Source: the human T2T-CHM13v2.0 reference genome, Homo sapiens
Assembly (NCBI RefSeq): GCF_009914755.1
Contig: NC_060937.1
Direction: 5' to 3' (one strand)
Length of the DNA: 64,000 bases
Positions 13,601 through 25,014 of the stretch are shown piece by piece; positions within the stretch are counted from its first letter, which is position 1; each line of letters starts with the position of its first letter. The notes beneath the pieces were generated by a model, which was not told the DNA's origin, made no database searches, and was given only the letters and a program-made list of their open reading frames with translations. Made by a program: the position numbers and the translations under genes.

Positions 13601-13874
13601 TAATTTGAGATTTGTGTAGACAGATAAACCTTCTCCATAAGAAACCATTCACATAAATAAGCCACTCTGCCTGATCAGCACCCTAATCCCTTCAAAATGT
13701 CCTAGCATAGCATATTTTCTTTCTCTGTTTTGAGAAGAATTTTGAATACATGTGATATGTAACATATAAAATATACTGTGATATAAAGTATATGATAAGT
13801 AAAGATATTATACATATTTTTAATAGGCACCTGGGAGATTCCGGAAACTGTGTCAGTTTCTCTAAGTCAGTATC

Positions 13875-14015
13875 TTATAAAATCCTCAGAAAAACCCTCC
13901 CAGGCAAATAATATTCATATTTTTAAAAATGGGGGAAGTGAGATGCACAGAGGTTAAATTTTTTACCCCACTGAGTGAATGAGCAGTGGCAGGCGTGGGG
14001 CCCACACTCTTGTCT
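13875..14015 (-). mobile_element. MIR fragment
   Basis: ATTTTTAAAAATGGGGGAAGTGAGATGCACAGAGGTTAAAT, antisense MIR core. Confidence 0.55.
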
Positions 14016-14118
14016 GCCAGAGTCTGTTTGGGCAGCAGAGTGTCACAGCATGTCCATCTTCCCTAACCTGCTTCATTCTCTAAACATCGATTTAAACTCA
14101 GACACCCCATTGAGAGTC

Positions 14119-14242
14119 CAGCACAGCCAGGTCCCAGAGGAGCGGCTTCTTCCCAGCACAGCCAGGTCCCAAAGGAGCAGCTTCTTCCTGAGTCCTGCAT
14201 AGACAGGTCCCTGAGGAGCAGCTTCTTTCTGAGTCCTGCATG
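14119..14242. repeat. Degenerate short tandem repeat, ~3 copies
   Basis: CAGGTCCC(A/T)(G/A)AGGAGC(G/A)GCTTCTT recurs three times. Confidence 0.7.
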
Positions 14243-14696
14243 TCACTTGTCTTGCGATTCCTGCGGTGGAGGCCATGTCATTGATGCGACTCCACTCCCA
14301 GCCCTGAGTCTTGCAAAAACCTTATTTAATGCCTTGGAGCTGAGTGGATGGCGACACCAGCTACATGACAACCAAGGACCAGGCTTCCAGGATCCGAGTG
14401 TGTGCTGTAATCAAAGAAAACTTAATCCACCACATATTAGTGACATGCACAACAGTCATTCTGCACATGGTCATTAGCCATCAACGGTAAGCAGCTCTGG
14501 TAAACGGCGGTAACTGGTATGCTACTACAAAGCCGAATGCCTTGCCCCCACTTTCTGTCTTTATTTTATTGATCCCAATGAATGGCATCGACGTCAACAG
14601 TTCCCTTAACTTTTCCACAATGGAGTCCTCATCTCAATGCCCCTCCCCTCATCCGCCCCATCCCTGCTTCTTTCTCTCTTCATCTCTCTTTGCATT

Positions 14697-14780
14697 GTGC
14701 ACACACACGTGCACCCTCACACACATGCACACATACACGTACGTGCACACATACATACGTGCACACACACGCACAGACAG
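14697..14780. repeat. Imperfect (CA)n microsatellite
   Basis: ACACACACGTGCACCCTCACACACATGCACACATACACG... Confidence 0.85.
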
Positions 14781-15211
14781 CTGAAGATTCCCGTGATGGC
14801 CCATTTGCTCAGTGTTGCCCCACACAGCATCTGCCAACACTGTGCTTTAGTGGATGGCGGTATTTATGGCGCCTTACACAGTATTGTCAGATGCAGGACT
14901 GACCTTGTTCTGGAGGACAACTGAGGCAACCTCTGCTGTCTCCCCTGGCTGCCACCGCCATGCCATGGCATCAACACCCCAGGAAGGAAAGCTCCTGCTG
15001 CCTGCAGTCCAGAGGATGCTTGGGATTCCTGGCGGTAAACATGCTGAGCTTCCCCGCTCATCCTCCCACTAACGGCCAACAGTCTGGGCTTTCCTTCTCT
15101 TTGTTCTGTCTCCCAGGTCTATGACCTTGCGTTTGAGAATGCAAAGTGACCATAAATAGTAGGGCTCCTGAAAGATTAAAGAAGGCAAACTTCTGAATAT
15201 TTTGTAATTAC

Positions 15212-15221
15212 AGATAGATAA

Positions 15222-15263
<42 letters not shown>

Positions 15264-15270
15264 GACAGAT
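15212..15270. repeat. (GATA)n tetranucleotide STR
   Basis: AGATAGATAAATAGATAGATAGATAG... about 12-13 units. Confidence 0.95.
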
Positions 15271-15760
15271 AGAGAGGCAGAGAGATGCATGTATGTGATA
15301 TGCCTCCTACCTTAACCATCTCATAAAAACACCCGTGGTAGCGCTACGATGCTCAGTGATGTTCTGCTGTATTTCCGTGTTGGGCCGTTCTCTGCAAGGG
15401 AAGGCCTTGTTGATTCTGACCCGCTTCTGCATCAGAGCTTCTCGGTCTGTTCACAGGAAGAGGTCACAGGAGTCTACCATGCGTCTTGGGTTCAGGGATG
15501 GGTGCACACTCACACACGCAGACACACGTTTCCACCTTTGAAAACGCGGAAGGAATAAAGGATACTGTTGTGCTTTGAGAACTCAGATATCTCAGGGGAA
15601 GGAGGCTAATGCGTGAGAGTTCCATTCAGTGAATGAACCAAGTCATGAGAAATCACTCTTCAGGGGTGAGCTGAGAAATCTCTTCGTGCTGTAAATGCTT
15701 CCTGGCTCTAGGGAACCTTGAAATTGTTCCCTACTTGGGTGAGGATGGCGACACTGGATA

Positions 15761-16051
15761 GGAAGTCATTGATACTGACATGCAACTTCTCAGGAGGAGG
15801 GGGTTTGGGTGGGGAGGGGGAAGTCATTGATACTGACATGCAACTTCTCAGGAGGGCGGGTTTTGGGTGGGGAGGGGGAAGTCATTGATACTGATGTGCA
15901 ACTTCTCAGGAGGGAGGGTTTTGGGTGGGGAGGGGGAAATCATTGATACTGATGTGCAACTTCTCAGGAGGGCAGGTTTTGGGTGGGGAGGGGAAGTCAT
16001 TGATACTGACGTGCAACTTCTCAGGAGGGTGGGTTTTGGGTGGGTAGGGGG
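15761..16051. repeat. 58-bp G-rich minisatellite, 5 copies
   Basis: AAGTCATTGATACTGACATGCAACTTCTCAGGAGG(N)nGGTTTTGGGTGGGGAGGGGG units at 15763, 15821, 15879, 15937 and 15994. Confidence 0.95.
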
Positions 16052-16665
16052 CTACATGGTGATTAGCCACCATGGGGAAAGCAAGCCTGTGGTGTACTAC
16101 CAAAGGTGAGTTTGGATACCTGTCGGATGGACATTGATATAAAGGGCTAATAGCAAAGCCATTGGCATTTCTGTTAGACTCTCATTGACTTGCATTTAAT
16201 ATACTCTGCTGCCAGTGGGAGCTGAAGGGCCAATTTGCTTTGGTGCTTTTTTGTGCATTAGTGTCCATTATAAGGTAATGGGTGTCTATCAGTGTCAGAA
16301 TGTCAGCCACCAATTAATTCAGCTCACCACTTCTTCCCAGCAATTGCTTATCACTGGACCATCCCAAGCCACATGGTACTAAATACCTTTTTGACCACTG
16401 CAAATAGCATTTATGGCCAACAGGAGGGAAAGTGACATTTAATGTCTCATAATTAAACTGGCAGGCAATATTGATTATGACAGAGGTTTTTTTTAGGAGA
16501 GGACTTTTTATAGAAGGATTTATATTTCATGTTATATATATGTTATGATTTATGTTAAGTATTGTATATTAAGTATTAATAAGTATGGGTTATATATTAA
16601 AAATTATATATTAAGTGTTAGATGTAGACTATATTTGATAAGCTATTTCATAAATATAAATAACA

Positions 16666-17012
<347 letters not shown>

Positions 17013-17581
17013 TAGAAGAGATAATATATGTGGAGTGATCGATTATGTTTAGAAGAAAACCTGATAGAGATGCAGTCAGCATCAAGAAGCCACAGCCACC
17101 CAGGAAAGCCCTGAGCTCAAAACAATGGAATTCCAAAGCCTGGACAGTTCAACAAAGACTGAGCCACGGGGGTGGCATGAACTACAGGGCCCCTCCTGCC
17201 CACGATGCAAGAGGAAGAAACCCCTCCTGCATGTGGTAGTTTGGGCGGGGGGGTCCACTGACCTAGCTTCCGGCCTCGAGGGAGGGCTTGGGAAGCAGGG
17301 ACATGGAAAGAGTGCAACGCACAGAGGGGACGTTTAGTGACAGAGGTGACAGTCACAGGTGATGTCCCGGCCCTCAGAGCCCAGGCCTGTGGCATCCCAC
17401 CAACCTGCACCTCCCACACGCCTGAATTGTAGCTAGCATTGCTCGGCTCAGCAGGTGATCAGTGCAGAAGCCTTAGGCCAAGGACTTGGGGGGGCCGTAG
17501 GCTCTTTATCAATCCATGAAGATATGTGAGATTTTTTCAGAATTGAGGATGAGAAAACTACAAAACTGTAATTCATACTTC

Positions 17582-17890
17582 TTTTTAATTTAAAATTTAT
17601 TTTTTTCTGAGACAGGGTCTTGCTCTGTTGCCCAGGCTGGAGTGCAGTGGTGCATTCACGCTCACAGCCTTGAACCCCTAAGCTTAAGTGATCCTCCCGC
17701 CTCAGTCCCCCAAGTAGCTGGGACCACCAGCACGTGCCCACCACACTGGCTAATTCATTTTTTATTTTTCCGTAGAGATGGAGTCTTGTTATGTTGCCCA
17801 GGGTGGTCTCGAACTCCTGGGCTCAAGTGATCCTCCTGACTCAACCACCCAAAGTGCTGGGATTTCAGGCATGAACTACTGTGCCTGGCC
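17582..17890 (-). mobile_element. AluJ
   Basis: GAGACAGGGTCTTGCTCTGTTGCCCAGGCTGG...GAACTCCTGGGCTCAAGTGATCCTCC (J-type diagnostics), more diverged. Confidence 0.93.
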
Positions 17891-18159
17891 CCTAAACTTT
17901 CTAATTAAATGTTTTTAAAACAATATCAGGTCAAGTTTGCGAAGGTTACACTGAGTTTCCATCGCAATTGCACCGCCTTTGGAAATGGCTTATAAGTCAG
18001 CTTTCCTTACTCATCAAGCACCCCTGAGTGTGCAGAGAGAGTGCCAAGGCAGCCTCGCCAGCTGCAAGTCACGTGAGTTCGCGGCTGCCAAATGGCAGTG
18101 CAGAGGAGCACGCAGCAGCGCCTGGGAGGCGCTCGGCTCCCTCCAAGTCCCTATTACGT

Positions 18160-18295
18160 TAATTTACTTCCTGGTCATAATCACCCATGGGATGAGTGCT
18201 ATTGCTATTTCCATCCTATAGACGAGGCAGAGAGATTTTAAGTAACTTTTTTCCAGATCCTACAGCTTGGAAAGGCGGAGCTGGGCTTTCCACAC
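18160..18295 (-). mobile_element. MIR fragment
   Basis: TATTTCCATCCTATAGACGAGGCAGAGAGATTTTAAGTAACTTTTTCCAGATCCTACAGC...GGCGGAGCTGGG. Confidence 0.55.
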
Positions 18296-19809
18296 GGCAC
18301 TTCAGCACCGTCCCATGCTGTCTCTCAAAAGAACAATTATAAAGTCCTTCCAAAGCTTTAAAGTAAAAATCAGTTTAAATGTGAGGTATGTGGGCACTTG
18401 TTTGTTTCAAATGATGTGCAGCAGTGCCTTTCAGTGCAGTCAAGGGTGCTTGGAGTTCTCAGCACCTCCGGAGACCTTGACGGTGATCAGGAATGGAAAC
18501 CGCATGGATCAATCAAAGTGGCTCCCAGGGTTGCACTAGAGGCTTTGCTGCAGAGCCCAGCCTGGAAAATGACGGCCACATTCCCCGTGGCCTTGAGCCC
18601 AGCGTGTTTACCAGCCATGACGGCCCTTTGCCTTTTGTCTGTCTACCCCCACCAGACCCAGCTGGACGAGAGGGACGGATGAGGGTACTACCTGCTCAGG
18701 GCTGCCTTCTTTAGCCCTTCTCAGAATGAGAGTCAGTCTTGTCTGAATGTGCAATCTTTGAATGAAATCAGATTGTTCCTATTTGTCATTTTATTAGCAA
18801 CTCATTACAGCCATTTCTTTGGGATTAAAAAGAGAAGAAAGAAGGAACATAAGTAAAAAGAGTGAGCTAATGGCTCACCCAGAATGCTGTGGCAATTTAT
18901 GGTGTCTTGAATGAAATGACAGAATTGCCATAATGTTAAATTTAACATGTTTTATTTTAGCAATATGATCATCTGATCATATCTCCAAGCTCAGCCAGCA
19001 TTACAAAAGTAATTTTTATAATTGTAAATTCATTCACTCTAAGATGCTTCAGAATTACTTTAGAGATCACATTACCAAATTTTCAGCTTAAAAGTGACTT
19101 TATCCTGTCATGTGTATCACTTCAGTGATGGGAGCAGAATGGGAATGTCTTCTGCACATAGAAATGGAGTGAACGCCTCGTGGACTTCAGGCTTTCAGAG
19201 CACGAATTGTCGCAGGTGCTTTCTCCTCTTAACAGTGTTTGCCAATATTTGTTTCTCCCCTCCTGTCTTGGGTACCGAGGCTCTCCTCAATGCCTCTGTC
19301 CTTCTCCCTTTTGACATTGCCACCAGGACTTAAGAAGGTCAGGAGGTTGCCCGCAATGTGCCTGCTGTAAGTAAGAGTGTCCCGGCTGTGAGGACCACCA
19401 TGTCGCATAGATGGGGCCTGCTGGAGGTGCTGCTGGCAGATTTGTGGGCCTAATTCTGGCTTTGGGGAAGGGCAAAGCCCTGTTCTCATGAGTAGAGGGG
19501 TCGCACAGAATCCTCAGCGCGTATCCTGCTAATTGCTGTAGCCCCTCCTAGTAACTCTTAATAAACACGACTGGTCATGCACAGAATGCAAAACCCTTTT
19601 CTCTCTGTTGGCAGTTTCTCAGGCTGAGAAAAAAACATCAGTGTGGGGGAAGATTTGGGACCCGTGTCTGCATCTACCTGGACTCTCATTGAACAGATGA
19701 TGTGATGAAGCAATCAGAAAGCCTGGCCAGCTGCTCACCTCCAGGGCAGCTTCTTGGGAAGATAGTGAGCAATTCTGGGGGTTAAGAACTGTTTTTAAAA
19801 GAAAACACT

Positions 19810-19937
19810 AGGGAGGCTGGGGCAGGAGGATCGTTTGAGGCCCAGGAGTTGGACGCTGCAGCTAGCTATGATTGTACCACTGCACTCCAGCCTGGGTGAC
19901 AGAGCAAGACCTTGTCTCTAAAAAATAAATAAATAAA
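19810..19937 (+). mobile_element. Alu right-monomer fragment (FRAM/AluJ-like)
   Basis: GGGAGGCTGGGGCAGGAGGATCGTTTGAGGCCCAGGAG...CCACTGCACTCCAGCCTGGGTGACAGAGCAAGACC plus (AAAT)n tail. Confidence 0.9.
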
Positions 19938-22900
19938 CCTTTAAAAACCAAGCGCAAGGTTAGCCTTCCACTGAACCCCACCGCTGTCCAGCATCCCGTG
20001 TCTTGGTGCCCGCTCTGAGGCAGGGTTGGATGTGGTTTGCAGCAGGCCTTCCAGGGCTGGTTTTCATCCTGACTTCATGGCTGATGCTGGCTGACCCAGG
20101 AGCCTGGCTCCCTCCCTCTAGGCCATGTGGCACTGTGGCCCGCTCCCTGGGGCCATGGCAACTGAGGGGAGAAGGGAATGCTTTGCTTTGGGCTTTACTC
20201 TGTAAATTCTGCTCATAGGGAACGCTCTGGATCATTGCCCAGATTTCTCCCGTCTTCTCTGGGCCAGCCCTTTCCTCAGGTGGAGCTGGGAAAAGAGGCC
20301 AAGGACGCAGCTCTGGGAGACGACCTTCCAGGGCAGCCTTGGAACACCATGTCCCCAGCATCTCTGCTGGCAGGACCGCCATGCATGAGTGGGAAATCGC
20401 TCACAACCTGCTCCCATCCAAGAATGACCATTAATGTCTATTTTGGCCACTTCTCAAGTAATTGTCAAAGCCCAGCTGGGAGATGCCCGCACACAGAGCC
20501 CTGGGCCCAGGCCACAGGGGCACACCATTCCTACCTTCCTTTGAATCAATTGTTTCATTTAAACTCAAAGCAAAATATTTAAACAGACCAAGTAATATTT
20601 CTTTTTCTAATCCAGGTGTGCACACGTGCGTGAGCCCTGTGTTTTCCCTTTCTGCCTCCACTTTTACAGATCTGTGAAGTGGGGCATTCGGCACGGTGGT
20701 GGTGAGACACATGGGGTCTGGGGGCCAGGCTCCTACATCCTCACTGTGCTGACTGCATAGACCAGGGGCAGCCTGGGAAGAAGAGGCACCAGGCGGCAGA
20801 ACAGGCCAGATTGTGTCCAGGAATTGAAAAAGCATGTGTATTTTTCTCATCCCTTATGTTTAGAGAAAAAATATTTATTGCTACTTCTTTCTTAAAGCTT
20901 CATTTTTAGTTAGCTTCTTATGAGTTCCACATATGGAAACGTTTCCATATTTTCACAAATCTAAGTTAATGATACCTTTACAACCAGCCCCCCAATGCCC
21001 AAGTGGCCTCCAGAAGATGACGAATAACATAAATGAAATAAAATCATCAGCTGAAGAAAACGTCTAATGTTTTTGTTTCTAAAAATTCTTGTGGTTGACT
21101 CTATTTTATTTAATTTTTGGATGGGGAGAGAGTTGTCTTGTTTGTTGCAAATTTATCTTTAGGTCTGAGAGAACAAAACACCCGGTTTTCTCCCTCGTCT
21201 GATATTAGCATTATAGACACGGTACTACTCATAGGAACATTTTTTACTCAGAGAGCGGCCATCTCTTTACATCTCTACTGTAGAATAAGAACTTCTAGCG
21301 CTTGCAATAGGTTCCTAAGCTGTTAGATGAGCCCCGTTTGATAGGAAGAGGAAGCGAGGTGCTGAGGTGAAAGAGTTGGTTCCAGGCCCCACGGCTCTCA
21401 GGAGGATGAGCTGGGACTTGAGACCCCTTGGGCTCTGAAGCTTGTGGGGTACCCCCCAGCAAGTTCCTCAACTTCCAACACCGTGGTTGTCTCCATCCTG
21501 GAATGCCAAGTGTCCAGTGGGTGATTTCCAAGGAGCTCACCCTCTCTGAGTGCTAAGTCCTGTGCAGGCAGAGACAATCTGCATAAAAACACCTCAGAGC
21601 CAGAAAGACCTGCAATAAATGGCTGACGGAAATTCACATTTTAAACTCAACAGGGAGAAACAATAAAATGATCCCTTTTTATTTGTTAATATGATTTTAT
21701 TATTTCCAAATGTTTGATTATAACTACATTCAAAAGGAAACATTGATGCCATATTAAAGAATATTAAAATATATGAGAATAAAAACTACGGTGCCAAATA
21801 AACCTTGTTTAATTCTCCTGAATGGAACTCAGGCCAAGGAACCCCGGAAAGGGGAGGAGGCAGGTGTCTTCAGTTTGCTTCTTTTTAATGAAATATAACT
21901 AAAAAATATTAGCTTCTTTCAAATTTATGAAAGAAACTGAATTCAATTTCAATTGAATTGCCTGATAGAGCAGTCGTTATTCCTTAGCAATATCTAGTGT
22001 CAACAGACTACAAGAAAACAAGGACCCTTCTTGTTAAGCAGGCATTTCCCCATGCATATGGCATGCATGTGACATTTCTGCACGCGCTGGAAAGTTGAGG
22101 TTGAGGACTCATTTACGTTGCTCTCTCTGGGTGTCCAACCGTGACTGATATAAATATTTTATTAGGCAAACCTGCAGGTTTCTGAAGATTATATGTCTTA
22201 TCAAGTTGACCCTTATAATTATGTTGTCTTCTGCAGCCATAGGATTGCTTTTAATTTTGCAGTTCTTTGGTAAATATTGAACCATAAGAAAGGTATACTA
22301 TTGTAAGCACAGACGACTGAGGATAAAAACCATGTAAACAGAATTCCTCGACGTGGGAGGAAAGATGCACTTCCGTTCCGTCACTCCAGAGAACTGATCA
22401 CACAGAGATGAATCGAGGGAGAGGATGAACTGGGCTCACACTTTCTGACCCTCACTTTGTAGCCAGCCCGCTGCCAGGGCCTTGGACTACCCTCTCCCTT
22501 TGTATGTTGCAATGAAACTTTGGTAGTGAAATCCTGGACTGCCTGAGGAGGGGCTGGGCTATGGGGGGTGGGTGCTTATCCATTTGCGTCCCCCACCTGT
22601 TTCTTCTCATCATCATTGTGCATTTCAGCCCCCCATGGCCGGGGCTGGCCTTCAAAGCGCTGTGTGCACTGCTTTTCTGTGCGGGTACCTCTCTCTCCTG
22701 CCTGGGGCAGCGCCGGGGGGGGAAAGGAGCCCCTTAGCTCCCAAGTGTGCACCGGGAGGGGCGGCCCCAGGCTGGCTGGCATCCTTGATGTGCCGGGTTC
22801 CCTCTTTGGGCCTGTTTCTCATCTCCATCCACGCCCCAGGGAACTGGGCCCAGCACAGGGTGTCTTTGACACTCACGGAGGCAGCACCTCGAGTGCGCCT

Positions 22901-24287
22901 GGCAGGGGCCGGCCGTCGTCCCCTATTGGGGCCAGCGCTGTGTCACCCACTTCTCTCGCTGCCCTTCCCATCCTCCTCACTTCAAGGATAATTACCTCTC
23001 TCATGCCCCACTCAGGTGTGCCTCACGCAGATCTCTGGAGAAACGTTGAGGAGCTGAACGTGGTGGCAGGTGGGTTCCTGGGCCCTGCGGGACATGAGTG
23101 TAAGTGTGGGAAGCCGTGCTCTTTCCTTTCTGCCAGCAGCGTCTCCCGTGTGTCTGTGACAGGGCTGGCTGTGGGCTCAGGCCTTGTGGGGAGCCAGCCG
23201 CTCCGGTGTGGCGTCGGGCCCTGCAGCATAGAGGCTGCCCTGGCTCTCAGCCGGGCGAGCCTGGTGGCCTCAGGCACACGGTGCCCTCACCAGACACTCA
23301 CCCTGGGAGAGAGGTACAGAGCCAGGGCTGCCAGGGTTCCAGGACCAGGCTGGGCATGGCAGGGTGGGGTCACTTCAGTAGGCTTGTGGTTCTCACAGTG
23401 GCTCCAGCCCAGCCCCAGGAACATGAAATCGAGGTCTCTGGAAAGCAGGCAGTGGGTCCCATGTGTATAGGTGATTTCACTCCAACCTGGGACACGAGAG
23501 GGGTGGCTTATATTCTAGAAAGAGCACAGGACTAGTGGGATTGGGGGGCACCCCTCACATTTGTGGTGACTCTCGGACGTGGGATGAATCCTGCAGGCTG
23601 AGCAGGGGGCTGATGGGTGACCGTGCACATCCTAATTGATGGAGGAGCAGTGGGAGAGGCCAGGAGGCGGGGTGGGGGAGAGGTGGGAACAACTGCCTTT
23701 GGTGGTGCTTTCACGCAGCACTGTCATCCCTGTGGCATGGACGCCCCGTGGGATCCCCACCCAGCCCCTTCGCAGGTCACAGGCCCCTCCGGTTAGCATG
23801 ACTGCTCACAGCCATAGGTGAGGCTGCAATAGGTGAAGTGGAAAGGGCTGAAGAGGACACAAACGGTGGACGCTGCCCGGCAGCTGGGAGAAAAAAGCCT
23901 GAACCCCCCAGCAGAGGCTGGCCCTGTGGCTGGGGCCGGCGGGGCGCGGGGCCACAGAGAGGCCTGTGGAGCCTCTGTTGTGGTCCAGCGAGAGAAGGCT
24001 GGTTGGGGTGTGCTGGTGGGACCCCGCCAATGCCTGGCCTTTGGAACCTCCTTGACTGCAGGTGAGCTGGCTGTTCACATCCTCACTCCACCAGGCTGAG
24101 CTGACCCATCACATCACTGCTCAGGATCCGGTTTCTGCCAAGTGGGGGCGGGATCAGAATCTCCCTCGCAGAACAAGACCGAGACTTAAGTGAGATGATG
24201 CCCACGGGGCTGATGGCAGGCGTTCCTTCCACTGTGCCAGCGTCTCTGTCAGGGGCCCACTCTGTTACGGTCACTGTGTCATTTCTC

Positions 24288-24480
24288 CCAGCCGTGGCAG
24301 AGCTGGGACTTGAACCCAGGGCCCCCTACTTTCTGATTTCTTGTTCCCTTGCATCAGCACACGTCCTTAACTATAATGATAAGGCTTACACCCTGCTCTG
24401 TGAAACCCACACCGTTAACACGCATCAGCATGTGGAGTCTTTACCATCCGCACCTCCCAGATGAGGAAACTGAGGCAGGA
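24288..24480 (-). mobile_element. MIR fragments
   Basis: GTGGCAGAGCTGGGACTTGAACCCAGG and CAGATGAGGAAACTGAGGC, antisense MIR core motifs. Confidence 0.55.
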
Positions 24481-24859
24481 GAACTGTGCGACGGGGAGGG
24501 ATAGAGTCTGCATCCCAGGCGGTCAATTGTTAGGACTCAGGACAGATGCATCATGGCAGCCACGGCCTTCCAGAGGACCTGCCTAGGGCGGTGGCCTCCT
24601 GGTGCCTCTCCTTCCCTTCTTCCCTGACGCTGCCCTATTCCGCACCCTGTTCTAAGCTGGTAGCCTTTGGGGAAGTAGTAAAGTAAAATGGAATGGATTC
24701 CTCTCTCCTATAAATGACACATGTAAGACCAATTCAGACTTGAGCATTCACTCACCAGTGACAAGTTGTCAGTATCTCCTTGGAAAAAACGGCCTCAGTT
24801 GGCTCTGTTCTTTGGGTCTTTCTCAGTTTTACACTTCTGAGTTGTACACTCAAGCACAC

Positions 24860-24982
24860 TCCTCCTCTCCTTCATCCTCCCCTGCCTCTCCTCCCCTCCC
24901 CCACCCCTTTCCACCTCTGTCCACCTCCCCCTCCTCTTCCCTTTCTCCTCCTCCTCTTCCTCTTTTTCCTTTTCCTTCTCTT
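24860..24982. repeat. CT-rich low-complexity tract
   Basis: Almost pure pyrimidine run on the + strand. Confidence 0.85.
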
Positions 24983-25014
24983 TGTTCTGTACTGTAATTA
25001 AGTTGCCTTAAACT

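Noticed and set aside
17582-19937. Inverted Alu pair as an A-to-I editing substrate
   Set aside because: Both elements are old and diverged, one is only a monomer, and there is no evidence of transcription.
22568-23470. Longest ORF (300 aa)
   Set aside because: GTG start, low-complexity G/S/P/A/R composition, no recognisable domain, and similar ORFs in other frames. Expected in GC-rich DNA.
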